A stretch of DNA of 64,000 nucleotides from Opitutales bacterium (GCA_050331815.1 JBHJGM010000003.1:231855-295854); one strand, 5' to 3'. Shown: positions 1-11,487, numbered from the stretch's first letter. A program made the numbers and translations. The notes: generated by a model from the letters alone, not told the origin.

Positions 1-1
1 G

Positions 2-3000
2 CCCACCCATGCCGCCGTCACCGGCGCAACTCTCAACGCCAACAACGGCCAAATCCAATCCGTTACGGCCAACGGCTACACCACCCAGGTGGCTTCCCTC
101 GTCACGGGAACCTCGACCGGAGCCGTTCTGGACAACGCCTTCCCGATCACACAGGCCGACAACTTCAACGTCTTCAGCTACTTCGCGCGCAACGGCACCG
201 CACCCGGCTGGACCATCGACCTGGGCGCCTGGTCCGACGCCAACGGCGACAACCCGGACTTTTTTCTCTACGAATACGGCGCCAATGACTCCCTGACCGT
301 GGCGCCCATTCTACCCGGAAACGTGGTGGGCCAGGCTATCAACATCAGTGCATCCACCTGGACCACGATCGGCATCACGGCACCTGGCGGCTCCAACAAT
401 GGTCAGAGCCTGGCCGGCATCGCCTGGTCCATCACGGATCTCTTGGACGCCTCCGGCCTCGCCCTGGACAACTCCACGGAGATCACCGGCATCCAGATCG
501 AATCGGCCACCATCGACGCTGCCTCGTTTATGGCGGCGGTGGTTGAAGGTACGGGTGGAGGACCGCCTCCTGTCGACTTCGGCCCCTCTGCCGCGCTTGA
601 TACCTCGACCGATGGCGTTTTCGGCGATCTGAAGCAGTGGCACCGCGTGACCGTGGCCTTTGCCGGGCCCGACACCAGCGAGGATGCCTCGGTCAACCCC
701 TTCACCGATTATCGGCTCAACGTCACCTTTACCCACACCGAAACCGGCAAGACGTATCAGATTCCCGGATACTACGCCGCCGACGGCCATGCCGGCGAGA
801 CAGGTGCCACCGCGGGTAACATCTGGCGCGCGCACCTCTCCCCGGATTTTACCGGCGAGTGGACCTACCTGGCCTCATTCCGCACCGGCTCGAACATCGC
901 CGTCGATGATAATCCCGACGCTGGGACCGCGACTGCTTTCGATGGGGCCAGCGGCGCTTTCATGATTGCCCCGACTGATAAGGCAGCGCCCGATTTCCGC
1001 GGGCGCGGGCGGTTGGAGTACGTCGGCCAGCGCTACCTGCGGTTTGCCGGCACTGGTGAATACTTTGTCAAAGCCGGCGCGGATTCGCCCGAAAACTTCC
1101 TGGCCAATCCCGACATCGACGGCACTTCCAACCACGGCGGTGCGAACTTCCTGCGCACCTGGACTCCTCACCTGGGCGACTGGAACACAGGCGACCCGCA
1201 TTGGAAAAACGGCCTCGGGCGCGGGCACATCGGTGCGCTCAACTACCTCGCCAGCGAGGGCCAGAACGTCTTTTCCTTCCTCACTTACAACTCAGGTGGC
1301 GATGGCAAGGATGTCTGGCCCTTCATCGCGCACGACAATCCGCTGCGTTACGATTGCTCCAAGCTCGACCAGTGGGCCATCGTCATGCGCCACGCCCAGA
1401 GCCTCGGCATCTACCTGCATTTCAAGACGCAGGAGCAAGAGATGGACAACGACCCGCCGTTTGCCCTGGACGGCGGCAACGTCGGCTTGGAGCGCAAACT
1501 CTACTACCGCGAGTTGATCGCGCGCTTTGGACACAACCTCGCTCTTAATTGGAACCTCGGTGAGGAAAACACCCAGAACAACACTCAACGCCGTGACATG
1601 GCGCAGTACTTTTTCGACAACGATCCATACGGCCACAACGTCGTCATCCACACCTTCCCCGGACAGACCGACAGTGTGTACGGCGCGCTTGTCGGCGCGC
1701 AGTCGAAGCTGACGGGGGCTTCCATTCAAAAGGGCTGGGAACAGGTCCATAGAACCAGCTTGAAGTGGGTGGAGGAGTCGGTCGCCGAGAACCGTCCCTG
1801 GATTGTCGCCAACGACGAGATCGGCCCCGCCCAACGCGGCGTCCCCCCGGATACCGGCTACAGCGGCTTCAACGGCTCGGGCACGCCAACGCAGGCGGAT
1901 GTGCGTCAGGCGGTGTTGTGGGGCAACCTCATGGCCGGAGGTGCGGGCGTGGAGTATTACTTTGGCTACAGTCTGCCCGAGGACGATCTGGATTGCGACG
2001 ATTGGCGCAGCCGTGACCGCATGTGGGACTACAACCGCCACGCCCTGAACTTCTTCAACACCTGGCTGCCGTTTTGGGAGATGAGTAGCGACAATTCGCT
2101 CGTGGGTAATGCCTCCGACGCGAACACCAACTACTGCTTCGCCAAGCCGGGTGAGATCTATGCGATTTACCTCTCCGATGGCGGCACCGTCAGCCTCGAC
2201 CTCGAGTCCAGCACCGCCACGTATCAGGTTCGTTGGTACGATCCGCGTGACGGCGGCCCGTTGCAGGAAGGCACCGTGACAGAGATAACCGGACCCGGCC
2301 TGCAATCGATCGGGCAGGCGCCCAGCGCCACCTCCAGCGACTGGGCTGTGCTGGTTTCCCTGGAAGCGATGCTGCCGAATACCCCACCCACACTGACCTC
2401 GGCCACCTTTCGCGTCATTGAGGGCAGCGCCGTGGGCACAGGCGTTGGCTCACTGCCCGCAGCCGACTCCGACCCCGGCCAACAACTCACCTTTGCCATT
2501 ACCAGTGGTAACGAGAGCGGGACCTTTTCTATTGATGCGGCCACCGGGTTGATCGAAGTGGCCGACCCAACCGACCTTATCAAGCTCAACAACCCGTTCT
2601 TCCGTCTCGGCATTACCGCGACCGATAACGGCTTGCCGCCCGAAGAAGCGACCGCCGACGCCACCATTATCCTCGAGCACACCGTCGTTGGAAAGCGGAT
2701 ATTGTTCATCCGTGGTGGCGAGGACACCGGCGGCTTCCTGGAAGGGGGCAGCGATGAGCAGCTGGCCGATATCTCCAACGAGCTGACCTTCAACGGCAAT
2801 CACGGATGGGGCTCGCTGCGTGACACGCTCCTAGCCGAGGGATACCTGATCGAGCAGCGGATCGAAGGTCCTCTGTCCAACAACACGCCCATCGATCTGG
2901 CAGGCATAGACCTTTCCATCTACGACGTCATCGTTTTTGGCTCAAACAACGCCGACTACACGCCCGATGGCAGCTCCGATCTGGTCGATGCCTTGGAGGC

Positions 3001-3931
3001 ATGGGTGCGCTCTGGCGGGGGTGCGCTGTTCATCAGTGATGCGAATTTCGGCACCAATTGGGGTGACGCGCCGGACTCCGACCAGGACTTCCTCGACCGA
3101 TTTGGACTCACCGTCTACCAGGACCAGGGCACCTACAGCATCTTTGAGAACGAATTTCTCGCGCCGGAACACCCCATCTTCAAGGGCTTCCCCGACACCT
3201 CTGCCGACGACGTCACGCGCTTCGATGGGGAAGGCGTGTCACCCTTCACGTTCAACCCCGTGCCGATCCCCGGCGCGCGCATCACGCTGCTGGCGCCCGC
3301 CAAAGGCAACGTCCGCGTCAACGATGCCTTCGGCCAGGGAACCAGCCGCCCATCCACCGCCAACGATGCCTCGGTTGTGGCTGTAGAAATCGGGGTGGGG
3401 CGCGTCGTCGGCCACTTCGACCGCAACACCTTTTTCAATTTGAACGGCGCGGGCACGAATATCTTCCGCTTCAGCAACCAGCAGTACGCCCGCAACCTCT
3501 TCCGCTGGCTTTCCGGCGGCGGGCAGGTTGCTCTCGACAACTGGGCCGAGGAAAATTTCTCCAGCGACTTCGGCGTGCCGGCGCTCGAGGATTCCGTTTG
3601 GGGCCTCCTGGCCAACCCCGACCACGATCCGTACGTCAATCTGCTGGAATACTTCCTTAAGCTAGACCCGAACAGCCCGGAATTTGGCAGAGTCGCCTTC
3701 ACGGTCGAATCCGGCTTGGGTGTCGTCTCCTTTCCGCAGGCCGATTTCGCGCCCGGCGCAGCCGGCCAGGTCGAGTGGACGGAGAACTTCACCGATTGGT
3801 TCACCGAATCGGTCACACTGGAAACCAGCGAGGACCTGGGCGATGCGACCGTCATGCGCGCGATGCTGCCCGAACCGGCCACTGGCAACATCTTCGGACG
3901 GCTGCGCGTGAACTACGAAACTGCCGAATGA
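2..3931 (+). CDS. Large secreted multidomain glycoside-hydrolase-like protein, 5' end outside the window. Domains: DUF5060-like beta-sandwich, GH5/DUF4038-like barrel, cadherin-like repeat, ThuA/GATase1-like domain, C-terminal sorting-type region.
   Basis: The frame is open from base 2 with no stop before the listed GTG at 89, so the gene is truncated by the window edge. Motifs seen: [30 protein letters not shown] (DUF5060-like); [35 protein letters not shown] (GH-A barrel-like); [25 protein letters not shown] (cadherin-like); [19 protein letters not shown] (ThuA-like). Confidence 0.7.
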   Translation, partial: PTHAAVTGATLNANNGQIQSVTANGYTTQVASLVTGTSTGAVLDNAFPITQADNFNVFSYFARNGTAPGWTIDLGAWSDANGDNPDFFLYEYGANDSLTVAPILPGNVVGQAINISASTWTTIGITAPGGSNNGQSLAGIAWSITDLLDASGLALDNSTEITGIQIESATIDAASFMAAVVEGTGGGPPPVDFGPSAALDTSTDGVFGDLKQWHRVTVAFAGPDTSEDASVNPFTDYRLNVTFTHTETGKTYQIPGYYAADGHAGETGATAGNIWRAHLSPDFTGEWTYLASFRTGSNIAVDDNPDAGTATAFDGASGAFMIAPTDKAAPDFRGRGRLEYVGQRYLRFAGTGEYFVKAGADSPENFLANPDIDGTSNHGGANFLRTWTPHLGDWNTGDPHWKNGLGRGHIGALNYLASEGQNVFSFLTYNSGGDGKDVWPFIAHDNPLRYDCSKLDQWAIVMRHAQSLGIYLHFKTQEQEMDNDPPFALDGGNVGLERKLYYRELIARFGHNLALNWNLGEENTQNNTQRRDMAQYFFDNDPYGHNVVIHTFPGQTDSVYGALVGAQSKLTGASIQKGWEQVHRTSLKWVEESVAENRPWIVANDEIGPAQRGVPPDTGYSGFNGSGTPTQADVRQAVLWGNLMAGGAGVEYYFGYSLPEDDLDCDDWRSRDRMWDYNRHALNFFNTWLPFWEMSSDNSLVGNASDANTNYCFAKPGEIYAIYLSDGGTVSLDLESSTATYQVRWYDPRDGGPLQEGTVTEITGPGLQSIGQAPSATSSDWAVLVSLEAMLPNTPPTLTSATFRVIEGSAVGTGVGSLPAADSDPGQQLTFAITSGNESGTFSIDAATGLIEVADPTDLIKLNNPFFRLGITATDNGLPPEEATADATIILEHTVVGKRILFIRGGEDTGGFLEGGSDEQLADISNELTFNGNHGWGSLRDTLLAEGYLIEQRIEGPLSNNTPIDLAGIDLSIYDVIVFGSNNADYTPDGSSDLVDALEAWVRSGGGALFISDANFGTNWGDAPDSDQDFLDRFGLTVYQDQGTYSIFENEFLAPEHPIFKGFPDTSADDVTRFDGEGVSPFTFNPVPIPGARITLLAPAKGNVRVNDAFGQGTSRPSTANDASVVAVEIGVGRVVGHFDRNTFFNLNGAGTNIFRFSNQQYARNLFRWLSGGGQVALDNWAEENFSSDFGVPALEDSVWGLLANPDHDPYVNLLEYFLKLDPNSPEFGRVAFTVESGLGVVSFPQADFAPGAAGQVEWTENFTDWFTESVTLETSEDLGDATVMRAMLPEPATGNIFGRLRVNYETAE

Positions 3932-3958
3932 CGCCGCCAGTTTTTTAATTCACCACGG

Positions 3959-4816
3959 TTAAGGACTCAGCGCCTCCTTCAAAAAGGCCAGCCCTTCGCG
4001 CATAAAGGCGTCTTCACTCGGGTAAAACGAGCGCCAGCACGAAACCGCCGTCCGGATGGCCTCGTTTTCCTGATTGAACGTTTCCAAGACGACCCAGCCC
4101 GCGTAATCGACGGCCTTGAGCGCCTCGCCCACGCCTTGCCAGCTAACCTGCCCGGTGCCGGCAATACCGCGGTCGCTCTCGCTGGCGTGGAAGTGTGCCA
4201 GCCGACCGACCTGGGCGGCTGTGCGGAGCGCCTGCGCACTGTCTTTCTCCTCGATGTGCATGTGAAAGGTGTCCAGCAGCAGCCCTGCAGCCGGGCTGGC
4301 GCAGGTCGTGCAAAAATCGACGCCATCGGAGGCCAGATTCAGAAAGCCTGTTTCGAAACGATTCAGCGGCTCAAAGGCGAGGGTGATGCCCAGCTTCTGC
4401 GCCCGCTCCAGGACCGGAACCAGTGCCCGCGCCGCCTCTACCCGCTGCTGCGCCAGGGGGATTGAAAGATCGTGATCGCCCACCGCCTTGGCCAGGGGCC
4501 CGCAAAACACCTTCGCCCCCAGCAGTGCCACGATCTCCAGCGACCCAAGCAGGTAATCCAGCGCCCGCTGCCGCGCCTCGATGTCGTTACCATAGAGTTT
4601 TGCCCCTGGTGGCAGCGCGCCGGATGCCGTCACGTCCAGGCCTGCGGCCTGCGCCGCATCACGGATCGCCAGCGCCGGCACCGCACCAGGGTCAAACACC
4701 GGCACTTCCACACCTTCAAAACCGAGGTCTCGGATGCGTGGAAACCGGTCCATCTCCGCGGCTCCGATGGTATCCGAAAACAGCATCAGGTTGATCCCGT
4801 AGCGTATGCACATCAC
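3959..4816 (-). CDS. Sugar phosphate isomerase/epimerase (xylose-isomerase-like TIM barrel)
   Basis: 285-aa ORF with motifs typical of the AP-endonuclease-2/xylose-isomerase-like barrel family: GFEGVEVPVF, LAFEPLNRFE, LDTFHMHIEE and HFHASESDRG. Confidence 0.75.
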   Translation of the reverse strand: MMCIRYGINLMLFSDTIGAAEMDRFPRIRDLGFEGVEVPVFDPGAVPALAIRDAAQAAGLDVTASGALPPGAKLYGNDIEARQRALDYLLGSLEIVALLGAKVFCGPLAKAVGDHDLSIPLAQQRVEAARALVPVLERAQKLGITLAFEPLNRFETGFLNLASDGVDFCTTCASPAAGLLLDTFHMHIEEKDSAQALRTAAQVGRLAHFHASESDRGIAGTGQVSWQGVGEALKAVDYAGWVVLETFNQENEAIRTAVSCWRSFYPSEDAFMREGLAFLKEALSP

Positions 4817-4914
4817 TCCAAACCAACCGGCCCGCTGCCCTCAGGCAAGGTTGCAACCGCACGCACGACCCTAGCGTTGACTCCCAGGCTGCTGTGTATT
4901 TGTTCAGTGGTGTT

Positions 4915-6090
4915 GTGCGCCTCATCGCTCATTTTGACGCAGACGCCTTCTTCGCTTCGGTGGAGCAGGCACGCCGCCCCGAGCTTCGCGGCAAAGTCAT
5001 GGCAGTCGGGGGAGGGGAGCGTGGCATCATTTCCGCCGCCAGCTACGAGGCACGCGCACGTGGCGTCTACACGCCCATGCCGACCGCTCAGGCCAAACGC
5101 CTCTGCCCGGAACTCATACTCGTCAGTTCCAACTTTTCGGATTATCGCGCTTATTCGGCCCGCCTGTTCAAAATCATCCGCGCTTTCAGCCCAACGGTGG
5201 AGGCCTCGTCTATCGATGAAGGTTACATGGACTTGTCACATACAAAGTCGCAAAGCGCTGCAACTGATGTGCTTCAAGAAATAAACCGTTTGGTCAAAAA
5301 AGAGCTGGAAATCTCTGTCAGTTGGGGGCTGGCCTCCAACCGGCGGGTTGCGGCCATCGCCAGCAAGCTCGAAAAGCCCAATGGCTTCGTGGTCGTACCC
5401 ATGGGCGAGGAAGAAGCCTTTCTGGCCCCGTTGCCGGTCGACCGTCTGCCCGGTCTCGGCAGCAAAACCGGGGTGGCCCTCAAGGCGCTGGGCGTTCACA
5501 CCCTGGCCGATCTCGTGCAAACCCGTCCCGAGAGTCTCCGCCGCCTCTTGGGCTCGCGAGTGGAGTCGGTGCAGCAGGCCGCGCGCGGCATCGACGAGAC
5601 GCCCCTGGCAACGGAACGCGGTCAGGCAAAATCCCATTCGCATCAGCGTACCTTCAGCGAGGACACGCGTGACCTTGGGTATCTTGTCCAAACCGTCAAG
5701 GCGATGATCGACGACCTGACCGCCGGATTGCGGCGCGACCAGCTTCGAGCACGCGCTCTCACCGTGAAGCTTCGCTACGACAACTTTCAGACGCGCTCGC
5801 GGTCCACTACGCTTTCCGAGGCCAGCGACTGCGCGGAATCCTTTTTCCCGCTGATCATTCCCATGTTAAAAGCGCTCATGCGCGAAGGCGGTGGCCGCGG
5901 AGTGCGTCTGGCCGGGGCGGGGCTTTCCGATTTTGACGCGGGCCCCCGCTCCCAGCCATTGTTCGAGGACGAGCCCGGCAGTGCACGTCACCGCCGCCTC
6001 ATGAGCGCGGCCGATCAGGTGCGCGCCTCCTTTGGCGATGCCGGGCTCACCCGTGCCTCGTTGCTCGGCTCGGGCAAGCCGCGCCACTGA
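4915..6090 (+). CDS. dinB: DNA polymerase IV (Y-family)
   Basis: N-terminus IAHFDADAFFASVEQ..KVMAVGG and SIDEGYMDL are canonical DinB motifs. The ORF opens at GTG 4894, but GTG 4915 gives the usual MR-IAHFD start. Confidence 0.88.
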   Translation: MRLIAHFDADAFFASVEQARRPELRGKVMAVGGGERGIISAASYEARARGVYTPMPTAQAKRLCPELILVSSNFSDYRAYSARLFKIIRAFSPTVEASSIDEGYMDLSHTKSQSAATDVLQEINRLVKKELEISVSWGLASNRRVAAIASKLEKPNGFVVVPMGEEEAFLAPLPVDRLPGLGSKTGVALKALGVHTLADLVQTRPESLRRLLGSRVESVQQAARGIDETPLATERGQAKSHSHQRTFSEDTRDLGYLVQTVKAMIDDLTAGLRRDQLRARALTVKLRYDNFQTRSRSTTLSEASDCAESFFPLIIPMLKALMREGGGRGVRLAGAGLSDFDAGPRSQPLFEDEPGSARHRRLMSAADQVRASFGDAGLTRASLLGSGKPRH

Positions 6091-6126
6091 CTGGACAAAC
6101 CTGTAACCGGACGTCAGCTTTGCTGT

Positions 6127-6534
6127 ATGAGTAAACGAGATATTGGTCTGTTGGTCATGCGTGTCGGCCTGGGCATCATGTTTGTGCTGCACGGCATTCC
6201 CAAGATCGTGGGCGGCTCCGATGCCTGGAAAGGCCTGGCTCAAATGGTGGTCCCCGGTGTCGATGGCTTTGCTGCCAGCGCCCTCGGCTTGAGCGCCGCC
6301 ATCGCGGAGATCCTCGGCGGCATCCTTTTGGCCACCGGTTGCTTCTATCCCATCGGTATGGTAATGCTGATCGGCGTTATGGCGGGAGCAACCCTGGCCA
6401 AACTCACGGGTGGCGGTTACGACTTTCTGTCGTTTGCCCAGACCGTCGGGTGGCCGCTCGAGCTGATGATCGTCTTCATCGGCCTCCTGCTGACGGGCCC
6501 CGGGCGTCTGGTCTTGCGGATGAAGTCCGGCTGA
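6127..6534 (+). CDS. DoxX family membrane protein
   Basis: 135-aa ORF with four predicted TM helices. GLLVMRVGLGIMFVLHGIPKI is DoxX-like. Confidence 0.7.
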   Translation: MSKRDIGLLVMRVGLGIMFVLHGIPKIVGGSDAWKGLAQMVVPGVDGFAASALGLSAAIAEILGGILLATGCFYPIGMVMLIGVMAGATLAKLTGGGYDFLSFAQTVGWPLELMIVFIGLLLTGPGRLVLRMKSG

Positions 6535-6546
6535 GGCAAACCACGC

Positions 6547-7398
6547 ATGTCAGGCCAACGCCCCCGGTCACGCCGGCGCGGACCTCCACAACCCGGTTCC
6601 AAGGCTTTCGAGACGGCCTTGCGTCACCGTGTCAACGCCGGTCGCCACGCCGTGCTTGAGCAGGTGCCGTTCTTTCAGCAGCAGTTTGCCAACGTTCCCA
6701 GCGAATGGAAGGCCGATGACACCCGTGTAACCTTCGCGGACTTCGCCATCTCCGAAAAAATCTTCGATGAGCTCCGGCGCAGCTTCCCCGAAGATGATTT
6801 CTGCAGCGAGGAATCCAATCCGCAGGACGAACTGCGCCCGCTGCACGCGCCTTTCACCTGGGTGCTCGACCCGATTGACGGCACCAACAACTACTTCCTG
6901 GGCATCCCGTACTGTGCGATCTCGCTCGCGCTCCTGCACGAGGGCGTGCCCATCCACGGCATCGTTTACGATTACTCGCGGGACACCCTCCTCCAGGGTG
7001 GACCCACGAGCTCGCTCCTGGACGGCAAGCGCAAGCGGCGCAGTCTCGACCAGCCGCTGGGGCGCGACACGATCATCGGCCTGCATTTCAAGATGGAGCC
7101 CGCGCTCTTTCGCCGCCTGGAGCCATTGATGACGACTTACCGCGCGCGCTGTCTGGGCAGCGCTGCGCTCATGCTGGCTTACGCGGCTGCCGGCCTCATC
7201 GACGGCGTCATCGACCACCGCGTCAAGGTCTGGGATATTGCCGCTGGCCACGCCCTGATGGCCGCCGGGGGCGGTGAATTCCACTTCATGAGCGAGCCCT
7301 GCTTCCCGCTGAAGGACTTCCACGTCGAGCAGCCCCGCACGCCCTACTACGCCGGATCGCCAGCCTTCTGCGCCTACGTTCGCGAGCTGCTGGCTTAG
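6547..7398 (+). CDS. Inositol monophosphatase family protein
   Basis: Carries the IMPase metal-binding signature WVLDPIDGTNNY and a later W-D-x-AAG motif (VWDIAAGHAL). Confidence 0.8.
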   Translation: MSGQRPRSRRRGPPQPGSKAFETALRHRVNAGRHAVLEQVPFFQQQFANVPSEWKADDTRVTFADFAISEKIFDELRRSFPEDDFCSEESNPQDELRPLHAPFTWVLDPIDGTNNYFLGIPYCAISLALLHEGVPIHGIVYDYSRDTLLQGGPTSSLLDGKRKRRSLDQPLGRDTIIGLHFKMEPALFRRLEPLMTTYRARCLGSAALMLAYAAAGLIDGVIDHRVKVWDIAAGHALMAAGGGEFHFMSEPCFPLKDFHVEQPRTPYYAGSPAFCAYVRELLA

Positions 7399-7410
7399 CC
7401 CGCCGTCTCC

Positions 7411-8769
7411 TCAGACCTGGTAGACGGTGCCGACCTCCGGATCGAGCACCTGCATCTCCGGGGCGGCCATCGCCAATTCCTCGTCGAACCAGGTCCGCGA
7501 TTCCGGGTCGCCGTGTGTGAGTACGCAGGCGCGCGCTCGTGTCTGCAGTGCGAAGTTCAGCAACTCTTCCCGGTCCGCATGGCCACTCAGGTCGAAGCGC
7601 TCCACCTGCGCCCGCAAGGGGCCTGAGTGACGAATCTTCTCAAACACAATAACGTCGTCGCGGTGCGCATGCAGAATCTGCCCGCCGACGGTTTCCGGAT
7701 CGCAGTAGCCCACGAAGCAGATGGCGTTGTGCGTGTGATTCACCATGGCCGCCGCGGCGGCGTAGGAGGGCGTGTGGTCCACGATCATCCCGCTGCTTAG
7801 AACATAGATCGCCTGTTCACCCACATCGCGTCCGGGCCGCAGCTCCGCTTTGAGGGGCTTCACACCCAGCTCGCGCAAAACGCTCTTGCGAAAGTCCACC
7901 AGGCCGGTCTTGCGGCAAATCTGATCCAGGTGATCCACCAGATCGAGGCCAAGGCCCGACGCATACACCGGTACCGGGGGCAGCTTCCCCTGCTTGCGCG
8001 CATCGTTGAGGATCGAGAAGATCTCTTGCATGCGTCCCAGCGCAAAGGCCGGGATCAGCACCGAGCCACCATGCCCCAAAGTACGGCGGACGGTTTCCAA
8101 AAGCCGCTCGCGTTCATCCAACCGGTCGGAGGCTGCGGTGGTTTCGGTGCGTCCGCGCGTGGTTTCCAGCACCAGCGTATCGAACTCCTTCTCCGGAAAC
8201 CGCGCGCCTTCGAGAATCCGCTGGTCCCGGAACAGCACATCTCCGGTGAAGAAAATTTCGCGGTGTTTGTACACGATCTCGATCCCCGCGGCCCCGGCGA
8301 CATGGCCCGCCGCGAAATACGTGATCTGGATTTCATCCTCCTTCTCGTAAAAGGTGCGCGGCTGCCCGTACAGCATGGGCATGAGCACCCCCTCCAGCCG
8401 CGAAATCTCGCCAAATGTGTACAGCGGGTAGGCGCTGATTTTGTGCTCCTCGCGCTGCCGGCTCATCACGTTGCAGGAGTTGCGTAACATGCGCGGCACC
8501 AACGTCCGCGAGGGAATACTCACCAGCACCCGAGCGTTTGGGTGCCGTCGCAGGGCTAGCGGCAGCGAGCCGATGTGGTCCAGGTGCGCGTGCGTGACGA
8601 GGATGAAATCGACCGAATCGTCGGGCACCGCGTCGTATCTGGGCACCGCCTCCAGGCCGAGTTTCTTGGGATGCATCCCGGCGTCGATCAGCAGGCGGAA
8701 AGGCCCGATTTCGACCAGCATCGAGTTGGCTCCGATGCCTCGTTCGCAGTTCAAATCCGTGATGCGCAT
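7411..8769 (-). CDS. MBL-fold metallo-hydrolase with beta-CASP domain (RNase J/CPSF-like RNA-processing nuclease)
   Basis: Has HxHxDH (VTHAHLDHIGSLP), the beta-CASP segment GGSVLIPAFALGRMQE, and the C-terminal LSGHADREEL motif. Confidence 0.8.
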   Translation of the reverse strand: MRITDLNCERGIGANSMLVEIGPFRLLIDAGMHPKKLGLEAVPRYDAVPDDSVDFILVTHAHLDHIGSLPLALRRHPNARVLVSIPSRTLVPRMLRNSCNVMSRQREEHKISAYPLYTFGEISRLEGVLMPMLYGQPRTFYEKEDEIQITYFAAGHVAGAAGIEIVYKHREIFFTGDVLFRDQRILEGARFPEKEFDTLVLETTRGRTETTAASDRLDERERLLETVRRTLGHGGSVLIPAFALGRMQEIFSILNDARKQGKLPPVPVYASGLGLDLVDHLDQICRKTGLVDFRKSVLRELGVKPLKAELRPGRDVGEQAIYVLSSGMIVDHTPSYAAAAAMVNHTHNAICFVGYCDPETVGGQILHAHRDDVIVFEKIRHSGPLRAQVERFDLSGHADREELLNFALQTRARACVLTHGDPESRTWFDEELAMAAPEMQVLDPEVGTVYQV

Positions 8770-8788
8770 GCCCTGACGTGGTCCCCGG

Positions 8789-9220
8789 TTACGCGCCCTG
8801 CGCGCCGTCCCCGTCCGGCGCTCTCATCTCAAAGGGCGGTATGGCCACGTGAACAGATTGTCCCTGCGAGTCAACCCCATGAAATGAACCGCTCGCCGAA
8901 GCGTTGCAGCGCAGCAGGTGGTAGCTGTTGTACGAAAAGTGCTCGCCGGGCCGCAGGGTGGGGCTCTGCCCCACGATGCCACCGCCCTCAATTACCTGCG
9001 TGGTGCCGTCTTCAAGCCGGAGCACCCACTTTCGTCCCTTTAAGGTGACTTTCGTCTTCGACTGGTTGTGGATCGTCAGGAAGTAAATGAAGGCATGCAT
9101 CTGGGGTATCTCCACCCCATAAGTGATGGCGGTCTCGGTATGTGGCTCGGAGTAGACCAAACGGTCTAACACTACGGCGAGCCCATTCACTTCACGACTC
9201 TCTCCGGGAAAAGCACTCAT
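8789..9220 (-). CDS. apaG: ApaG (DUF525) domain protein
   Basis: FYFLTIHNQS..VTLKGRKWVLRLEDGTTQVIEGGGIVGQSPTLRPGEHFSYNS matches the ApaG pattern. ATG 9220 was chosen because the longer ORF to 9292 would overlap thiS. Confidence 0.7.
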   Translation of the reverse strand: MSAFPGESREVNGLAVVLDRLVYSEPHTETAITYGVEIPQMHAFIYFLTIHNQSKTKVTLKGRKWVLRLEDGTTQVIEGGGIVGQSPTLRPGEHFSYNSYHLLRCNASASGSFHGVDSQGQSVHVAIPPFEMRAPDGDGAQGA

Positions 9221-9230
9221 GGCTGCCGGC

Positions 9231-9440
9231 TCAACCTCCTGCGACCACGCGAACGATCTCCAGCCGATCTCCCTCCGAAAGAACCACCTCACGGGCTTCG
9301 GCGCGGGTCAGCGCGGCGCCATTGAGCTCGACAACCACCCGGTCCATTTCAAGTCCGTGGCTTTGGATAAAGTGCGGTAGCTGAGTTCCCATATCGATGG
9401 CGTGCCTCTCGCCATTGGCGACGATGCGTATGGTTTGCAT
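9231..9440 (-). CDS. thiS: Sulfur carrier protein ThiS
   Basis: 69-aa ubiquitin-like ORF ending in ..VRVVAGG (C-terminal Gly-Gly), sitting directly after thiH. Confidence 0.85.
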   Translation of the reverse strand: MQTIRIVANGERHAIDMGTQLPHFIQSHGLEMDRVVVELNGAALTRAEAREVVLSEGDRLEIVRVVAGG

Positions 9441-9443
9441 CGG

Positions 9444-10619
9444 CTAGGCCGTTTCCAGGTTAACCGAGTCGCTGGCCAGGACCTGGTCGTGGTCCTTCCA
9501 CACGGGCTCGTAGCCCTTGTCGCGAATCATCTGTGCGATCGCTTGCGGGGGGCGTTCGTCGGCGATGTGGAATTGCTCGCCGGGCTGTTCGCGGGTGGGC
9601 GTCCAGGCAGCTTCGTCGAAGTGATCGTAGCCGCCGGGTTCGGTGCTGGAGCCTGCGCTCATCAGGGTGACGCCCAGCGTGGTCAAGCCATCGCGCAACT
9701 GAGGTGATTCCCGCGTTGAGAGCGTGATCCCCAGGTGCGGCAGAAACAGGCGCAGTGCGCAGATCGTTTGCAACAACTGCAAGTCACCGGCCACGTGCCG
9801 CGGGTCGGGACTGAAGCCCCCGGCGGCCGGGCGCAAGCGCGGCAGACTGACGGCCACCTGCGCCTTCCAACAATGCCTGAGGAGATAGTGCGAATGCATG
9901 GCCACGGAGAGCACCTCGAAACGCCAGTCGTGCAAGCCCAACAGGGCACCGATTCCCAGCCGACGAAAGCCCGCCGCGTACGCTCGTTCGGGCGTATCCA
10001 TGCGCCAATGGTAGTGCTTTTTGGGGCCTGCTGTGTGCATCGCGCGGTAGGTCGCCTCGTGATAGGTTTCCTGATAAAGGATCAGGCTTTCGGCCCCGGC
10101 GCGCACCAGCGGGATGTACTCTTGCGTCTCCATTGGCCCGAGTTCGATGGCGATGCTGGGCATGTAGGCCAGGCAGCGTCGTACACAGTCCTCGACGTAG
10201 CCGTTGGAAACATACTTGGGATGCTCGCCCGCCACGATCAGCAGGTGCCGGAAGCCCCGCGAGGCCAGCTTCTGCGTCTGCGCCTCTACCTGTTCGCGTG
10301 GGATAGTGATGCGCGGAATGGGATTGTTGCGCGAAAACCCGCAGTATTTGCAGATATTAATGCACTCGTTGGAAAGGTACAGCGGCGCAAAGAGGCGGAT
10401 GGCTTTGCCAAAGTGCCGCTGCGTGGTCGCCTGCGACAATCGCGCGAGAGTCTCTATGCGCTGGCCCGCCGCCGGAGACAACAAGGCCGCCACCGCTTCC
10501 AGCGAGCGCGCGCGGCCCTCCCGCAAAATGGCCTCTACAGCATCCCCGGAAGCGTTTTGAGAAGCCGCGACGAGGGCCTCAATGTGCGCTGCGTCGAATT
10601 CCTTGGAAAATGTACTCAT
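9444..10619 (-). CDS. thiH: 2-iminoacetate synthase ThiH (radical SAM)
   Basis: Radical-SAM cluster motif NECINICKYCGF, ThiH/BioB-like length, and position between thiG and thiS. Confidence 0.85.
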   Translation of the reverse strand: MSTFSKEFDAAHIEALVAASQNASGDAVEAILREGRARSLEAVAALLSPAAGQRIETLARLSQATTQRHFGKAIRLFAPLYLSNECINICKYCGFSRNNPIPRITIPREQVEAQTQKLASRGFRHLLIVAGEHPKYVSNGYVEDCVRRCLAYMPSIAIELGPMETQEYIPLVRAGAESLILYQETYHEATYRAMHTAGPKKHYHWRMDTPERAYAAGFRRLGIGALLGLHDWRFEVLSVAMHSHYLLRHCWKAQVAVSLPRLRPAAGGFSPDPRHVAGDLQLLQTICALRLFLPHLGITLSTRESPQLRDGLTTLGVTLMSAGSSTEPGGYDHFDEAAWTPTREQPGEQFHIADERPPQAIAQMIRDKGYEPVWKDHDQVLASDSVNLETA

Positions 10620-10679
10620 CGAATCTGTGGACGGGCTGCTGACAGCGGTTCAAGCGCCGAACCAAGCCCGTGCTCACAA

Positions 10680-11477
10680 TCAACCCGTGCCCAGGAACGC
10701 CGTCAAGGGGCTGGTCGCTTCCGCCTGCACCGAGGGTCCTTCAAGACCGATGTGATAGGCCTCGCGTCCGGCTTCAACGGCCTTGGCAAAGGCCTGACCC
10801 ATGGCGCTGGGATCGCTGGCTACTGCGACAGCTGTGTTAATAAGCACCGCATCCGCCCCCAGTTCCATGGCCTCCGCAGCGTGCGACGGTCGCCCCAGCC
10901 CGGCATCGACAATGACCGGTACGCGCGCCTGCTCGATGATGATCGAAATCTGGGCGCGGGTCTCCAGGCCACGGTTGGAGCCGATCGGCGAGCCCAGGGG
11001 CATCACAGTTGCGCAGCCCACATCCTGCAGCCGGAGCGCCAGGACGGGATCCGCGTTGATGTAGGGCAGCACGGTAAAGCCTTCCTTCACGAGGATCTCC
11101 GCCGCCTTGAGCGTCTCGATGGGGTCCGGCAGCAGGTAATTGGGGTCGGGATGGATCTCGAGTTTGACCCAGTTGGGCAGCCCGGCGGCCACGGCGAGGC
11201 GGGCCAGGCGCACGGCTTCGTCTGCGTCCATGGCCCCGGCCGTGTTGGGCAGCAGCAGGTAACGATCGGTCTCAAAATAATCGAGAATGTCCGCAAAGGG
11301 GTCTTTCGTAGTGCCCAGGCTGGCTCGCTTGAGCGCCACGGTGACCAGCTCGGTGCCACAGGCGGCGAGCGCTTCGCGCATCAGGGCGTGACTGGAAAAT
11401 TTCCCGGTACCGACCAGCAGGCGCGAGTTGAACGCGCGCCCGGCGATGGTCAGGGGAGTGTCGTTTCTCTGCGACAT
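10680..11477 (-). CDS. thiG: Thiazole synthase ThiG
   Basis: [19 protein letters not shown].., VLPYINADP and [13 protein letters not shown] are canonical ThiG motifs. Confidence 0.9.
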   Translation of the reverse strand: MSQRNDTPLTIAGRAFNSRLLVGTGKFSSHALMREALAACGTELVTVALKRASLGTTKDPFADILDYFETDRYLLLPNTAGAMDADEAVRLARLAVAAGLPNWVKLEIHPDPNYLLPDPIETLKAAEILVKEGFTVLPYINADPVLALRLQDVGCATVMPLGSPIGSNRGLETRAQISIIIEQARVPVIVDAGLGRPSHAAEAMELGADAVLINTAVAVASDPSAMGQAFAKAVEAGREAYHIGLEGPSVQAEATSPLTAFLGTG

Positions 11478-11487
11478 AATGGTGCAA

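Noticed and set aside
9-296. 95-aa Pro/Thr-rich ORF at the window start, and other short ORFs nested in 89-3931
   Set aside because: They are out of frame within a long gene that carries clear domain motifs, and their composition is low in complexity.
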